Numbered from the whole stretch's first letter, positions 1-13,352 are shown. The stretch is DNA of 63,654 bases, filler included, from Reticulomyxa filosa (GCA_000512085.1; 19 parts of 19 records of this genome joined end to end with filler, not necessarily neighbours in it); one strand, 5' to 3'. The notes: a model not told the origin generated them from the letters alone. Numbers and translations are program-made.

Positions 1-562
1 GCAAGCGTTCAAAAAAAAGTCACAAAACTTAATAATCCAACGTTCAAGAAAATATCTTATTTCATTGATTTACAAAAAAAAAAGATAAAATATTTTTTTG
101 AAAGGAAAGTCCAGTTTATGTAGTCATGTGTTATGACACATTGCCATTTCTCTTTATAAAAAAATTCAGATATACAATATTTGTTATTTGGTTTTCAAAA
201 AAGAATTATGCAATGAAATGATTTGCTTTTTGGCTTGGTAGGTAAACATTTTCGAGCGCACCACAAAGAGCACAACATAATAGTAAAAGAAAAGTTTTGA
301 CAACAACTCTTAAAAAATTGCTCTATCTTTCCAAAATAAAAGGTGTAATTCCTTGACAATTTTTAATAATCATCAATTCAGTGTCCACGCGCGGTCCAGA
401 ACAACAAAAAAAAATATCACTGAGTTGTGTGAACAACAACCGTGTTGGGACTCTTTGAAACAAAGCTACACAATAAAAAGTTGGTTGACACCACAAAAAC
501 ACACACTCATAAAAACTTCCAACACAATCAACCTTTTCAAATTGTCAACAGTGCGCATTTCT

Positions 563-1905
563 TTATTTTGATGTTGCTTCATTAGCTACTCTATGTGCAC
601 CAGGTTTCCAATCAAATTTGGTGCCTGTTTTTGGCAAAAATCTATCAAATTCACAACAACAAAAATTTCAAAGTAAGTCGTCATCAATTATGTTTATTAG
701 AGTGCGACAATTAACAAAAAAACAACATTCAAATTTTTTTAAAGTTATCATACCTTCTCATGTTTTTAAATGTCGAATCGTGCATTTGGACATAAAATTT
801 TTCCAATCTCAGCTGAAAATCATTTTCTAAAGTTCGAATGGTATTTATTAATGCAGTGGCAGTGCTGCTTGGATCCTGTTCATCAACAAAATTCATTTCC
901 AAGTAAGACATTTTTTAACTATTATTGGTAAACATTTTCTCTTATTATTTCAAATACATTTTTTTTGAATTTTTTTGTTGCTCCTAAAAAAAAGGGACTT
1001 GCAGAAAGAGAAACAAAATGTTTTAGAAAAAAAAACTCAACAGAAACTTCCACCTCTCCTGTTTCGTTGAAGGTGGAATTCAACTGTACATTTCCATCTT
1101 CGTAGTAGTGCACTTTCAATCTGATTCGTCCTTCCAATTTGGTTGGGCCTTTTTTGCCCAATTTGACTGTCCACTCTGACTGCCAGCCTCCGGTCCAGTA
1201 GTTGGACACGTTCAAATTCTTAAACGAAATCACCACTGCCAATTGTCCGTCTGGTGACACATACACTGTTCCTTGTCCACGAGACATTGACGCTGGGTTC
1301 GTCGTTCCGTCTTCATAAAAGCCATTCAAATACTCTTTCAATTTTGAATGAGCCTTTTCACGGAATTCCAAAAACTCACCACTTACTATTTTACTTCCGT
1401 CGCTTTCGTTTGTTATTTTCTGTCCAAGTTTTTTTATGTTTTACTTTTTAAATTTTTTTTCTCTCCCCCTTGTCCATTTTACGAATCACATCGGCACGTA
1501 TACCAAATAAAAAAAAAACTTGGGTGACAGGATCCACGGTACAAATGACTTTTTTTTCGGGGTTCAAATATTTGTTTGCTTCAACTTCACCTTGTGGACA
1601 GCATATTACTTTTGTTTTGTCACTTTCTGCAATTTCAAAATGTCGTTTGTTGTATTCTGTCATTGCAGCGTGTAACCATTTGTCATCCAATAAACCTCCT
1701 TTCACCACTGCGCGTAAATCTGTTAAAAGTACAAATTTGTTGTTTTTTAAATTTTTTAATTTTGTTTGTAGTTCTGGCCATTTAAAAAAACATATATGAA
1801 CAAGTCATTACCTTTGGTAAGGTCATGAACTTCCCCGTGAGGAGCAACAAGCACAAAGTGTTTTGCAATTTTCTTTTGTTGATCCGGAGTATATTCCTCC
1901 GCCAT
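563..1905 (-). CDS. CAPZA: F-actin capping protein alpha subunit (multi-exon, complete)
   Basis: Spliced product MAEEYTPDQQKKIAKHFVLVAPHGEVHDLTKDLRAVV...NYWTGGWQSEW...RLKVHYYEDGNVQL...TFKNMRRFLPKTGTKFDW...ATSK*. HYYEDGNVQL and NxWxGxWxSxW are CP-alpha hallmarks. GT-AG introns. Confidence 0.95.
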
Positions 1906-2167
1906 TCTTCGATAAGATAATAAGTGAGTTTACAAAATTAAACAGATGCTCGAGAAATACTCGGTAATTTACTGGAAGTGTTCTCCCCTCGGTTAAAATT
2001 TTGGGTTACCTTTTAGCTGGCTAGTAAAGACTACAGGTAAAAGCAATCAAATAGTGTCTGTACCTAAATTTGTTTATAACAAGTGGTTAAGTTGTCGAGG
2101 TTAGATGGTGGTTTTATTTTAATTACATAATTGTGCAACTACAAATATTCTAAATTTACTTGTGTAA

Positions 2168-2267
2168 NNNNNNNNNNNNNNNNNNNNNNNNNNNNNNNNN
2201 NNNNNNNNNNNTTAATTAATTAANNNNNNNNNNNNNNNNNNNNNNNNNNNNNNNNNNNNNNNNNNNN
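2168..2267. other. Artificial contig-joining spacer (first of 18)
   Basis: 44 N + TTAATTAATTAA (stops in all six frames) + 44 N. Identical 100-nt blocks start at 2168, 3629, 7551, 11208, 16020, 17431, 25751, 29965, 31210, 32647, 35261, 38731, 46727, 48595, 50776, 52171, 53301, 58361. Confidence 0.98.
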
Positions 2268-2514
2268 AAATATATGCTAAACAACAAGTTCTAAATATCC
2301 TGCTTTTGTGTAATAAATTTAACAATTTTTATTTCAAAATTGTTGACCCCAGTACGTTAGAAATTTGTTGGAACATTAAAAAAATCACATATCTATATAT
2401 TTATACCATTTATTTTTTGACTGTATCTTTTGATAAGCTATAACATAAAGAAATTATTTTTAAAAGCAACATAGTAACGGTTTAAAACGCTTAGTCTGAT
2501 TTTAATAAACAGCC

Positions 2515-2748
2515 TGATTGACAACAAGTTCACCCACGAAAACAGTAAACTGGTAACCCGCAAAGGTGGATAAAAAGGACATATTTGCTCAAATCTTAAA
2601 AAATGGACAGAAGAACATTGAAATTAGTATCTATAGTGGACATGGATTCAAACAAGACAGCGTTGTTGATGATCTATACAAGCAACGAAATCTCAGTGAA
2701 TTACGTGCTGATTGTGTTCGACAACTATTTAGCGAACGAAATGTGTAA
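2515..2748 (+). pseudogene. Degenerate OmpA/MotB C-terminal-like domain
   Basis: KFTHENSKL...[frameshift]...FAQILKNGQKNIEISIYSGH...QRNLSELRADCVRQLFSERNV* follows the OmpA_C pattern (F..S.L, a..Lk, I.I.GH, N.LS..RA..V...L). Confidence 0.4.
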
Positions 2749-5399
2749 ATGAAAACCAGTTACCATTGTATTATGAGACACAGCTTAGTAACAGTCTATA
2801 ATGTTTTGTGGCGTTTGAAAAACAAAAAATGTTGATTTTGGCAAATGGACAAGTGAATGCAATTGTATTGAACAAATGATTTCCAAAATTATTCATGGTC
2901 GCATTAAAATCCAACATTGCTTACGCGTGTTACTAGGCTTTGCATTGAAACATTTAATTTCAACAAAAAAAAGAAAATGTTGGTTACCTTGATATTCTTT
3001 TGTTGTTTCAATGAAATTTTGTATTGAAACTGAGAACGCTGGAACAGTTACAATCAAGTAGGAATGGCTGAGTGCAAACGAAAAAATTCCGGTGTTATTT
3101 GAAGTATTGATCCAATCAACAGGAAAGTAACCCAAATTTTTAATTGTCTTTAAGTTATCAAATGAACTTTTACAAATGGATTGCTTTGTTGTATGTAGCA
3201 AGTTTACTGTTGTACTGGAGTTCTTTACATTATAATCTATAAATATCTTTCAAAATGAAATATCGAATTACTAACGTTTTTGTTATATACCAAAAGTCTT
3301 TTTTTTCTGAAACGCTTTCGCTTTCGTTTTTTAAATACGTTTCTCCGATCTTTTGACTGAATCAATTTTTTTAATTGAAAACATCAAATGCTTCTGATGA
3401 ATGCAATAACATTGACAATTTTCGAACTAAATGATTACATACTGTAGAAAATAAGTCATCTTAAACTTTTCTGGAGTGTAATATGATAGTGATACCAACT
3501 TTCAGGCCAATGCTCATTAGGTACTAGATGGACATTAATAATTATTGAGATTATTTCTTTGCTTGTATTTTTTGTTTTGTGATCATTACAGTACCTGATT
3601 TGATGTTAATTTTTTAATGTTTTCCAGTNNNNNNNNNNNNNNNNNNNNNNNNNNNNNNNNNNNNNNNNNNNNTTAATTAATTAANNNNNNNNNNNNNNNN
3701 NNNNNNNNNNNNNNNNNNNNNNNNNNNNCAAATCGATTCTCTTTTTACTATATTTGACCAATAGACTCAAAGGTAACGATGAATGGGATATTGAATTGTG
3801 TGTAAAATCTATTAAATCGGAAAAAATACATTATCAATGGTAAAGGATTGGTTATATCGTTCAATTCAAACAGATATCAAATACACATTTACCATGACAT
3901 TATTCAGTATTCCACTTAGTATTGATTCATACAAAAACTCAATCATCAATACCATGGTAATGATAGTCGCAAGTTTCATCATGCAAACAATACTCCATTT
4001 ATTAAAAATTTACTACAATTCTAAAAAAAATTTTATTTATTAAGCCAATTTTGCACGAATAAATCCTAGTTAAATACAATACTGATTCAAATCAAACTAT
4101 CCTTGCATAGACCATTACAAAAACATAATGGATACATTCAAAATTTTCATTAAAAAAAAAAAAAAATCATAACAAACTAAACTATCCGCAAAATTTTACT
4201 GTCATGCCATCAAAAACTGCATCTTATACATTACTTTTTCTGCGTAAAAAATTCTATAGTCATGCGTCCATTAAAAATTTTTGTTTTTCATTTTTATTAA
4301 ATACATATTTGAAAAATATGTTTTAATTTTAATAATCATTTTTGTTAATTTTTGGTATCATATTATATTTTAGTCACTATGTTATCTATATTATTTTATT
4401 TATAGTCATTTCAGTCTTATATTACTAAATTATTGCATAATTATCTTTATATTTTTTAAATGATTATTTACAAAAATTAATATGAAATTCATGCTGAATC
4501 GGCGAATGTGGTCAAGCGTTGTTTAAAAGCCTTGGCTGTCGAAACATGTATTATCCAACATTGGACGTTTGTCATTTTGTCGTTTGGTGTTTGAGTTATA
4601 TGACTCTTGTTGTGCTGACGTTTTGTTAATGATTGCATTTTACCATTCGTGATGTCTGTAGTGTTATTTGCTTCAGTCGATTATGTACAAGTGACTGCAT
4701 AGTTACCGTTTAAGTGGTTGCTTTGGAATTGTTGAAAATATTGTAGTATTGTTACTTTGTAATTCAACATTCTGGAGCAAAATGTCTGTCACTTTGTGTC
4801 ATCAGCCGATCTTCAACAGTGAATAATGACATCCAATTTATTTCATTTGATGTCTTTGCAATTATTCCGGCAAAATTGTTTTGGTGCTTTACAATATTTA
4901 TTTTTATATTGACCGGACGTATCAACAAAATAAATAATGTTTTTATTTACGTTTTGCAATGTGTTGAAATAAATTTCAATGTTTGATCATGATCAGTTGA
5001 TTATTACTTGTTTTACTTATAGTGTTTATATTAATAATCGAATTCCTTTGATCCACATATTAACACTTTATTGGTTCGAGTCAAAGACCATATTAAATAA
5101 GCTTTGTCTTTGGTTATTATCTGACTTGCTAATATCCGGAGAATATACATAAGTCATAGATCCATTGGTTATTTGTCAGTGCCAATTTTAAATGATATAC
5201 TCAAAAGAATTCTTCTTATGTCCCACTTATCTGCTATCTTCACTCGCAAGTTTTGCTTTTATATTCTTAGATTCATCAATATTATGATGCTGATATAAAA
5301 TATCTCATCTTCTCCTTGCAAACTTTTTTAGTCGGTGAATGTAATGTCAGTCCACTTCACCTTACTTTGATTCCGTACATTTGATGGAGCCTCCATGTC

Positions 5400-6799
5400 A
5401 ATTACTGTTAATTCACTTATTGTCTTCAAACGTGACTTGCCAGGCAAAAGCATTTGGGCCTTGTTTACTGCAATCTCACCTCATCTTTTAGTACTTGTGC
5501 ATATGTTGTTTTGGAAATTACTCTTGTCACACATTTAACCATGAGCTGGAAAGGCATACACGACACTGCTATATTTCGCACTTTGACATTGGCTTGCTGT
5601 CAAATTAGACACTGTCATATTGACATTGCAGATCCATAATTACACATATGTATAATTCTTCACCACAATGCCACTGCTCGCTATTAAATGGTATTGCTGT
5701 TGATCTGATCAAATGTGTTTTGCTTCAGCACTCCATTGCTCCAGTTCAAAATGCGCACTATGCCATGTCCATAAGTTTGGCTTTTTGAAAACACATTGTC
5801 CTCAATCACAAACGTTCGTATGTACAACAGACACAATGCCGATTTTTTTTCAAGTTTGTCCATTTATTGTCCTTGACCGTGATACTGCTTTGGCTTCCGT
5901 TCACACTGCATTTGATATTGTCAATGATACACTCCAGAATCTTGGACACTGGTGACATGCGCAACAAACCATCAAACATATTATTTTGAATTAAATCGTG
6001 TTATGATCCTATCCGCTATGTTAACCATCGAATTGTTCGCTCGGTTGGTTTTGAACATACAATCCTGGACGTTTATTGATGACTATATGCCGACCACAAG
6101 CGATTTGAAATCGTTAAACTTGACCAACAAATTGTTGTCAACAAGCAATTGACCTTGATCTATATTGTCACCATTGTGGTCCCACTGTTGTTCGCGAACG
6201 TCATTCTCGATATTGTCAAATTTAATTAATGTTTCTTGGATCAAATATTTGTCTTTACTTTTGCTCAACAATGTCAATTGTTTCAAATCCTTTTTTAATG
6301 CAAGCCAATATGATATATATATATATATATATTTTATGCAAATTGAATCCACTTTATTTTTTTTAACATATAATCCCCCTTCAAAAAAAAAAATACTTTT
6401 CTTTTTACGGAAAGTTTGTATACGTATCATGTGGTGTGTCTCCCTTTGCGTTCTCTATTTTTTCTTCCTTTTTATGTCCATAGTAAATGTGTTAACTTCC
6501 AATGACGTAAATACGTTTGTAGAAAGCAGTGGATAACCAGTTTCGACATTCACATAATCGATTGTATTACGCGTATGTGCCTTTGTGCACTGCATCGGTG
6601 AAAAGGTCGGTGATTTTGTTGGAGGGAGTGAAGGAAATCGTGATGGGACTTGGTCGGGTGTCGTCGGTCGCTTGGTAGGCGGCTTTGCGGGCAGTTCGTG
6701 TCGTGCTCTTGCTTGGACTACATGCCTGCAGTTGGGTGGGCGAAGACGTGATTTGGTGTTGTCGGTGATGTTGGATATCTTGTTGGCTGCTTTGTACAT
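5400..6799 (-). pseudogene. Disrupted surface-protein gene: PT-rich linker plus beta-helix-like repeats
   Basis: PPTKRPTTPDQVPSRFPSLPPTKSPTFSP followed by frame-hopping segments ITVKDNKWTN, FVIEDNVFSKS, GVLKQNTFDQ, SNFQNN (FxxN-type repeats) with many stops. Confidence 0.4.
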
Positions 6800-7298
6800 T
6801 GTAAGATGTTATACTCACGATTGCAAGTTTGTTATTAATATATTTTTTAACAAAGGATACAAACTGCCAACACGTCGCTAAAGGATAGTCATATTTGACT
6901 TATTTCACATAGAAACACAATGTTTTTGAATAAAGTGATATTACAATACATATATATATCCAAATTCATAAAAGCAGAATCATTTGAGAAAATTTGTGTA
7001 CATTCGTTGACAATTTAATGGCCATCTAAGAAAAATTAATTTGACAAAAGGGTGAAGAAAAATTTACCAATGAAAAAAATAAAAGTAATAATGAAACAAA
7101 CTGATCTAGAGAACAAAGTGTGATTTTTTTTTACGGTTTTTATTTGGCAACGTAACAAAAGAAAAAACTATCAACACAATGATCGCATTACACAAGAAAA
7201 AAAACACGACAAGAAAGATCAACTGTACAGAAAACACCCAACAAAAGAAATGAACAAAGAAAAAAAAAAAAAGGAGCAAAGTCAACAAAGCAAAGAAA

Positions 7299-7493
7299 TT
7301 AGTCACCTTCTCTCAAAGAAAGTCTCCATTCAATTCCTCGTTTGAAAAAAGTGATGACTCTGCTAGCAAACATGGCATTGGCAGTTGCACGCGCGCCTTT
7401 CACATCTCTTTCGGTCAATTGTGTCATCAATGGACCAAACCCTTGTGCTAGATGTTGTGTCGTCATTTCATTGTATTCTCTTAATTCCGCAAC
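7299..7493 (-). CDS. RhoGAP-domain protein, last exon (5' part truncated by contig end)
   Basis: After an AG acceptor: VAELREYNEMTTQHLAQGFGPLMTQ...REGD*, matching the RhoGAP C-terminal V....N.MT..NLA..FGP.L motif. Not in the ORF track. Confidence 0.6.
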   Translation of the reverse strand, partial: VAELREYNEMTTQHLAQGFGPLMTQLTERDVKGARATANAMFASRVITFFKRGIEWRLSLREGD

Positions 7494-7650
7494 CTAATCA
7501 TTGGCAGATTTGAACATGTATCTTTGATGCAAAAGGGGATACCAAAAAAANNNNNNNNNNNNNNNNNNNNNNNNNNNNNNNNNNNNNNNNNNNNTTAATT
7601 AATTAANNNNNNNNNNNNNNNNNNNNNNNNNNNNNNNNNNNNNNNNNNNN

Positions 7651-7692
<42 letters not shown>

Positions 7693-7778
7693 TCAATTCG
7701 ATGAACACAATATACAACATCGACAAAGAAGAGAGCCAGAAAGTAGTCAAACATTGTTTTATTCAGACCTACGAAGGA

Positions 7779-8649
7779 TTATAGAATTGCATAGAGTTTT
7801 GAACTTTGAAAAGTGGACAAGAAGGAGTCCGAATCCGGACCAGATGAACGTAAAGACTCGGAATTGGGATTAGGATTGGGATTGAGATTGGGATTGAGAT
7901 TGGGATTGGGATTGGGATTGGGTTCGTCGTTACTTTGAGAGAGTTCTTTTTTTTGCTCGACGCTCTGTGGGATTGAAAACAAATCCAAAAAAAATTTCAA
8001 TAAAAAAAAAAAATGATCCCCCCCCCCTCCCTCTTCTCTTTTCTTTGTATACGAAACAAGAGCAGAGGAGACATTGCCATGACTTACAATACCAGCATCA
8101 CTGTAGTCAAAAGCAGTGTCATTAGTAAAAGAGTCCGGAATCGAAGGCGACGGTGGCAATGGCTGATGGAACAAATTCCACATCAAAGATGACAGCTTCG
8201 CGTCCGATGATTTGATTTTGGTTTTCGAGGAACGTGGCTCACGTGTGTCTTTGCTTTTTCGCTTTTCTATTGTCTCCACTCCTCCTTGCACTACTTCTGC
8301 TTTTTCGTGTTCGGCTTGATCATTACTTGCATTTTGCTCCTCCTCCTCTTTTTTTTTTTTTCGACTGTTCCACTCTCTCTTTCGCTATTCTTGCTACGTT
8401 CTCTTCCGGACGACGTGTTATGTACTCTATCAACTTTATCAAGTTCGTCTCCTCACATAAAAATTTTATCAATGCTTCATATTTGTTTGAACAGTGACCT
8501 AATAGCTCATCACAGTCCAACACGTCTTCTAATGTCGTTCCCTCTTCTTCCATCAAAAACTCTATTTCACTCTTTTCCAAGTCTAACCAGTCCGCCTCGT
8601 AGTCTTCTGCTGCTTCCCAGTACATTTCTCCTTCGTCAAAGACTTCCAT
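7779..8649 (-). CDS. SIT4-associated protein / PP6 regulatory subunit (SAPS family), 5' part
   Basis: IEFLMEEEGTTLEDVLDCDELLGHCSNKYEALIKFLCEETNLIKLIEYITRRP matches the SAPS N-terminus (L...TLEE.LD..D....C......LI.FL.....L..YI..P). A low-complexity insert follows; the 3' end is unresolved. Confidence 0.75.
7861..7925 (-). repeat. (AATCCC/AATCTC)n hexamer repeat encoding NPNPNPNLNP
   Basis: gggatt/gagatt units on the + strand inside the SAPS-like reading frame. Confidence 0.85.
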
Positions 8650-8929
8650 TTCTTTTTTTTTTTAGTGCCAAAGTTGTCTTTTTTTTTCTTTGACTGAAAA
8701 TATGGCCCTAATTTTTCAAAGGCAAATGATCATTGAACTTCAACTTTTCTCCTTCTCTTAATTAATTTAATCGTGCTACTTGTGAAGTATTTAAATGCTT
8801 CTCAACGCTACTGCAATCAAGCTTAAAATGACATATTCTTTGCTTTTAAACAACGTAAAAAAAAAAAACGAGTTATTTGGGGGTCATTGCTGATTTTGGG
8901 AGTTCTTCATCGACGTCAAAACATCAAAG

Positions 8930-9933
8930 ATGGGAGGTATGTGTTCGTCGTGCTCAGACACAAGCCAAGCAGAAGAAGCCGATAAACAACGACAAGGCTT
9001 GCTGCCTGAGGTTAACCACGTCTGTTGTAAATTTTCCTTTTTTTTTTGTGTTTGTTACAAGTAGATGAATGTTTGTTGTGGGACATTAAAATTGACAGAA
9101 ACAACCCGACCCAAATTCAGAAATGGAAGGCCGGGTACTGTGGAAAAATTGAATTTTGTTTTTGTTTGTTATACGCATACCTTTACTTACTGCAAAAAAA
9201 AGGGTCGGTGGACAGAAGGGACACAAACAAACAAAAAAAAATAATCAAAAAATTTGGGGATATTAAAAAAAATGTGAGATAGCCCAGCCAAGTAAATGAA
9301 GAAAACGCTTCGTCCTTACGAAAATCAACAGATTTAAATAATTTTGACAATTTATTTGAAGATTTGGCAAAGTTTATGAAAAACTTGCCAGCAAAAAGCA
9401 AAAAACATATATGGGAACACGCAGTAATTGAAAAGGATAAAAAAGACAAAGCCAAAAAAGTATTTGATAAGACAATCAAACAAGAGCAGATTACAAGATT
9501 GTTATGTGATTGTGTCATTGTGTACGTCAAAGTTACATTAATTCACCCACTCGATACCACATTTTTTTTTTTAAAAAAAGGGGGGAGGGAGCGGTGGGAA
9601 CAAAGGTGCAATTTTCTTGGTCACAAAAACTGACTCAATTTTTTTCTATTTTATTCAAATTAATTTGGCTTGTTTGTCTTTTTCAAAAAAAAAAAAAAAA
9701 AAGTTTTAAATCGAAAAGAAAAACCATTAAAAACACAAACGGTTCTTCCATTTGTAGAACCTGCTTCAAAATGGATATTTGAGAACCATGGGCAATTAGA
9801 AAGACAAAGATTTGAAGAAGAGAGTGGTTATTTCCCAGGAATATTGGAACAATATCAAGTTATTTTGTGTGTATACATATATGCTTGAGAAAAAAATAAA
9901 AATAAAAAAACTAATCAGCATTTCGCGAAGTAA
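8930..9933 (+). CDS. Small hypothetical protein with predicted N-terminal dual acylation (4 exons)
   Basis: MGGMCSSCSDTSQAEEADKQRQGLLPE | PSQVNEENASSLRK...LLCDCVIVYVK | VLNRKEKPL...EQYQ | HFAK*. The second intron's acceptor needs one extra G. Confidence 0.6.
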
Positions 9934-10439
9934 AAATGTATCAAACCTCAATAAAGAAGGAAGCTTTACATTTTTCTGTGTGTTTTGTTGTCTAAATTCG
10001 TTTGTGTATTGGGTGAGAATTGGTTGCGGAGAAATAGAACCACTGCATGCTCTTGAGTCAAAAGGGGAGGGGTGTCATTTTTGTTTTTTTTTGCTTGTGA
10101 TAGCTTGTTTATCTTTGCTTTTGGTAGAGTTTGACCAAAGTTTGTTGAAGGTGGTGCAACTACACAACGAATAACTGAAACTAAAGTAATACATTTTTCA
10201 TCATGTTTTCACAAAACATAAAAATGTGGAGATGGGAACTGCACTTGATTAAGTCTTTAAGATTTCCCGTTAGGACTAGTTTTTTTTTACTTTCATTCCT
10301 TTTGCATTTAAAAACACTTGTAATTTCTTGTTTCGCTGTCCTTGTTCAGACAAGATAGCCAAACGATAAGTTTTTTTTAAAAAACAAAAACTCGAAAATC
10401 CTTTTTTATTTATATTTGGTAAATTTGAAAGTTGGAGAA

Positions 10440-11180
10440 ATGAACACAAACACAAAAAAAGAAAATTTAATGTCGCTTCAGACAGTGGACAGGCCCAAGG
10501 CTCCATTTCTGTTAAAATCAGGAAGGGCGAAGGCCGTGGACTGGGGATGTATTGTCGTCTTTTTTGCTATTCAAATGGTTACATATTATTACCATCATCT
10601 ACACATACAATGCATCCCCGGAGAGAAAACCCAACCCAGCTGTGGTATCTCAGATAAAACTGCAGAATTTTCTTATCCAAAGAAGGGGACGATGAGTGTT
10701 ACCACAAATTACCTGTATTGTGGTGCAGCTTGGATATTAGCCATTGGAATAAGCATATTTTGGAATTGTTGCAAAGGATGGGCTTGGTTGACTGATGAGC
10801 CTTGTTCATTCGTTGTGTCATTGTTTTCAACACTTTATTTTTTTTTTTTATTATTATTTGAGTATCCCATATGTCTCCCTTTTTTTTTTTAAACTCCAAA
10901 TCAAATGTATCTGACTCGTTTTTTTTTTTTCGATCGTTACAGCTTTGGCTATTTGAAGCATTGGCCCGTGAAGTGATAATGGCTGCACTAGGAACGGAGG
11001 TGTTGGGAAATGGTAACAAAAAAAATAAAGAGGCAAATACACAAACAAATGACTCTTTGCATATACTTTTGTTTTGTTTTTTTTTTTCCTTTTCAACAAA
11101 AATAAAACAAATGTGGATGATAATCGAAGCAATCAAATATGCTGTGGGTAGACCTCGACCCAATTATTGGAATAACATAG
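10440..11180 (+). CDS. PAP2-family lipid phosphate phosphatase, 5' part
   Basis: TM segments, FSYP motif, then IKYAVGRPRPNY = PAP2 motif 1 (KxxxGRxRP). Truncated by the contig end. Confidence 0.85.
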
Positions 11181-11787
11181 TTTCGTTTTTTTTTTTTTTT
11201 TTTTTTTNNNNNNNNNNNNNNNNNNNNNNNNNNNNNNNNNNNNNNNNNNNNTTAATTAATTAANNNNNNNNNNNNNNNNNNNNNNNNNNNNNNNNNNNNN
11301 NNNNNNNTTTTTTTTTTTTTTTTTTTCTACCTTGTCACTTGGTCTGAGCTTTATGCTTGCCAAAGCACATCATCTCGGCAGCAATATGTCTCGGTTGTTT
11401 TTTTTTAAAAGAATGGTATTTGTGTGTAGTTGTTTTGAGAGCGTGTTTTACCACAATGTGTACTTCTTGCCACAAATAACGCAGTGGATTTTGTTTGATA
11501 GTCGTTTTCAAGTAGTCCAAGCCATAGTGGCGTTTCATTTTCTTCAAAGTTTTACTTTGCGAGCTTTGTATCAATATAATCGGAGTTGACATGATACAAA
11601 AAACAAATTTTCATGTAGCTAATCTATTTAATTTGTTTGTGAGAAAGACTTTTTTTTTCTGACGTATTTTGTTCGTATTTTCTTTGTAAACGATAATTAT
11701 GAACTATTGTAATTAATTCCTTACTTTTGACTTTTGTCGTATATTTATTTCATCGACCTCACGGTCCTTTTTTTTGATTTTTCAAAT

Positions 11788-13018
11788 ATGGCTTCTATTT
11801 CGTTGGGGGATGCATTTTGCTTCAGCGTGGATTGTCACAAGTGTCATGTTCATTTCACTGACTATAATGAATATGGTGATCACCTAAAAGTGCATTATAC
11901 AAACAACTGGCTGCATTGCGATTATTGTGGAAAAATAAGTGCTCACAAATCAAACTTTGTATCACATTTAGCATCTCATACTAATGCTCGTCCGTTTGTG
12001 TGCAAATTGTGCAATATACGGACATCGACTCGTCAGAATTTGGTTTCACATATTCACAAAACCCATGAGTCTACAGCAAACAAACTGATAGAAGAGGCAC
12101 ACGTGTCTGTGATTCCTCGAAAAAAAAGAAAAGTCAGTGGCACTCCAAAAAAACATAAAAAAAGAGCATCCCGACAAAACAATATTGAAAATTTAGATTA
12201 TGGTCCGGTGTGTAATACGTAATATTTTACAAAAAAATTTTGTTCTTGAGATGATGTGTCTTACTTTTGCGTTTTTTAAGCAAAAAAAGAGCATCGCTCG
12301 ATCCAAAAAAAAAAAAAAAGCAAGAGTTGAAGCGCTCTTCTGATTTCAAAGACTCGGATTCATGCAGTAATTTGATCTCACCTCCGTCACTTGCACCTTC
12401 TTTTATGCCACAGCCTTTTTCAAATGACTGTGAGCTAGAAATAGCAGGTTGTAATTTTAACAGAAACTTTTCCCCATTTTTACCAACAGAGGAAGGAATA
12501 CAGACATTCAATGTTGCACATGGCAGAGGTGGAATACCTACGTCTGTTGACAGTTCCCAGACTTTTGATGTTCGAATGGCAAATATCATCAATAGTCAGG
12601 TTACACAACCGCAACATATTTCTCAAAAAATTGCAAGTCAAGAAAAAGGAAAAACTCAAAATGATGAACGTTTATTTCATTCACAAAGTGTAGCTGCTGA
12701 TTCCATGGAATTGTTATTAGCAGGGGCAGCATGGGTTTGTCTTTCTACTTTTGCTTTACGCTACAATATAATACCGCTTCTTTTAAAAGATTGCACATTT
12801 TTTTGGATCAAATAAAAAATATAAAAAAGGCGTGTACACATACCATATAGATTGAATTACAATCATGCTCAGACCTCCAAAAAAAATATTGCTTATCGAA
12901 TATCAGTTGCGAAAATATCAAATACTTGACCTCACCATACATTTGGGATGAAATCATGAGCCGACGTGGTTCCAAAGGCAAATCCGAAAAAGGACTCGTC
13001 ATCCCTCCGGAGAGATGA
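11788..13018 (+). CDS. C2H2 zinc-finger transcription factor (3 fingers, 3 exons)
   Basis: CHKC-x12-HLKVH, CDYC-x12-HLASH, linker TNARPF, CKLC-x12-HIHKTH; basic NLS-like PRKKRK. Last exon 12851-13018 inferred from GT-AG. Confidence 0.85.
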
Positions 13019-13352
13019 GAATGGAACTAAAAACCTATTCAGCACACGTCCACAACAAGAAAATAACACGAATGACAAAAAAAAAAACAAATACACGAAT
13101 AATTATTTATTTATTATTTATTAGACTAATGTTTTTGTTTTTGTAAAAAAATTCAAGTTTACATCTTTAATATTCCTTTCAACGTCTAAACTTAAACTCC
13201 GCGGTAAAAATGTCTTCAAAGAAGGGGGGAGCAGAAATGAATGACGTGGTACTAAAAAAAATTGATATAAAATTTAAACGGTTGCTTCTAGAAAAAAAAT
13301 TGGGTCAACTTATTGTCAAGGATGACAGAAAAAAAAAAAGAAAGTATGAATA

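Noticed and set aside
7861-7925. GGGATT repeats as telomeric sequence
   Set aside because: Not TTAGGG on either strand in tandem, internal, and in frame as NP repeats.
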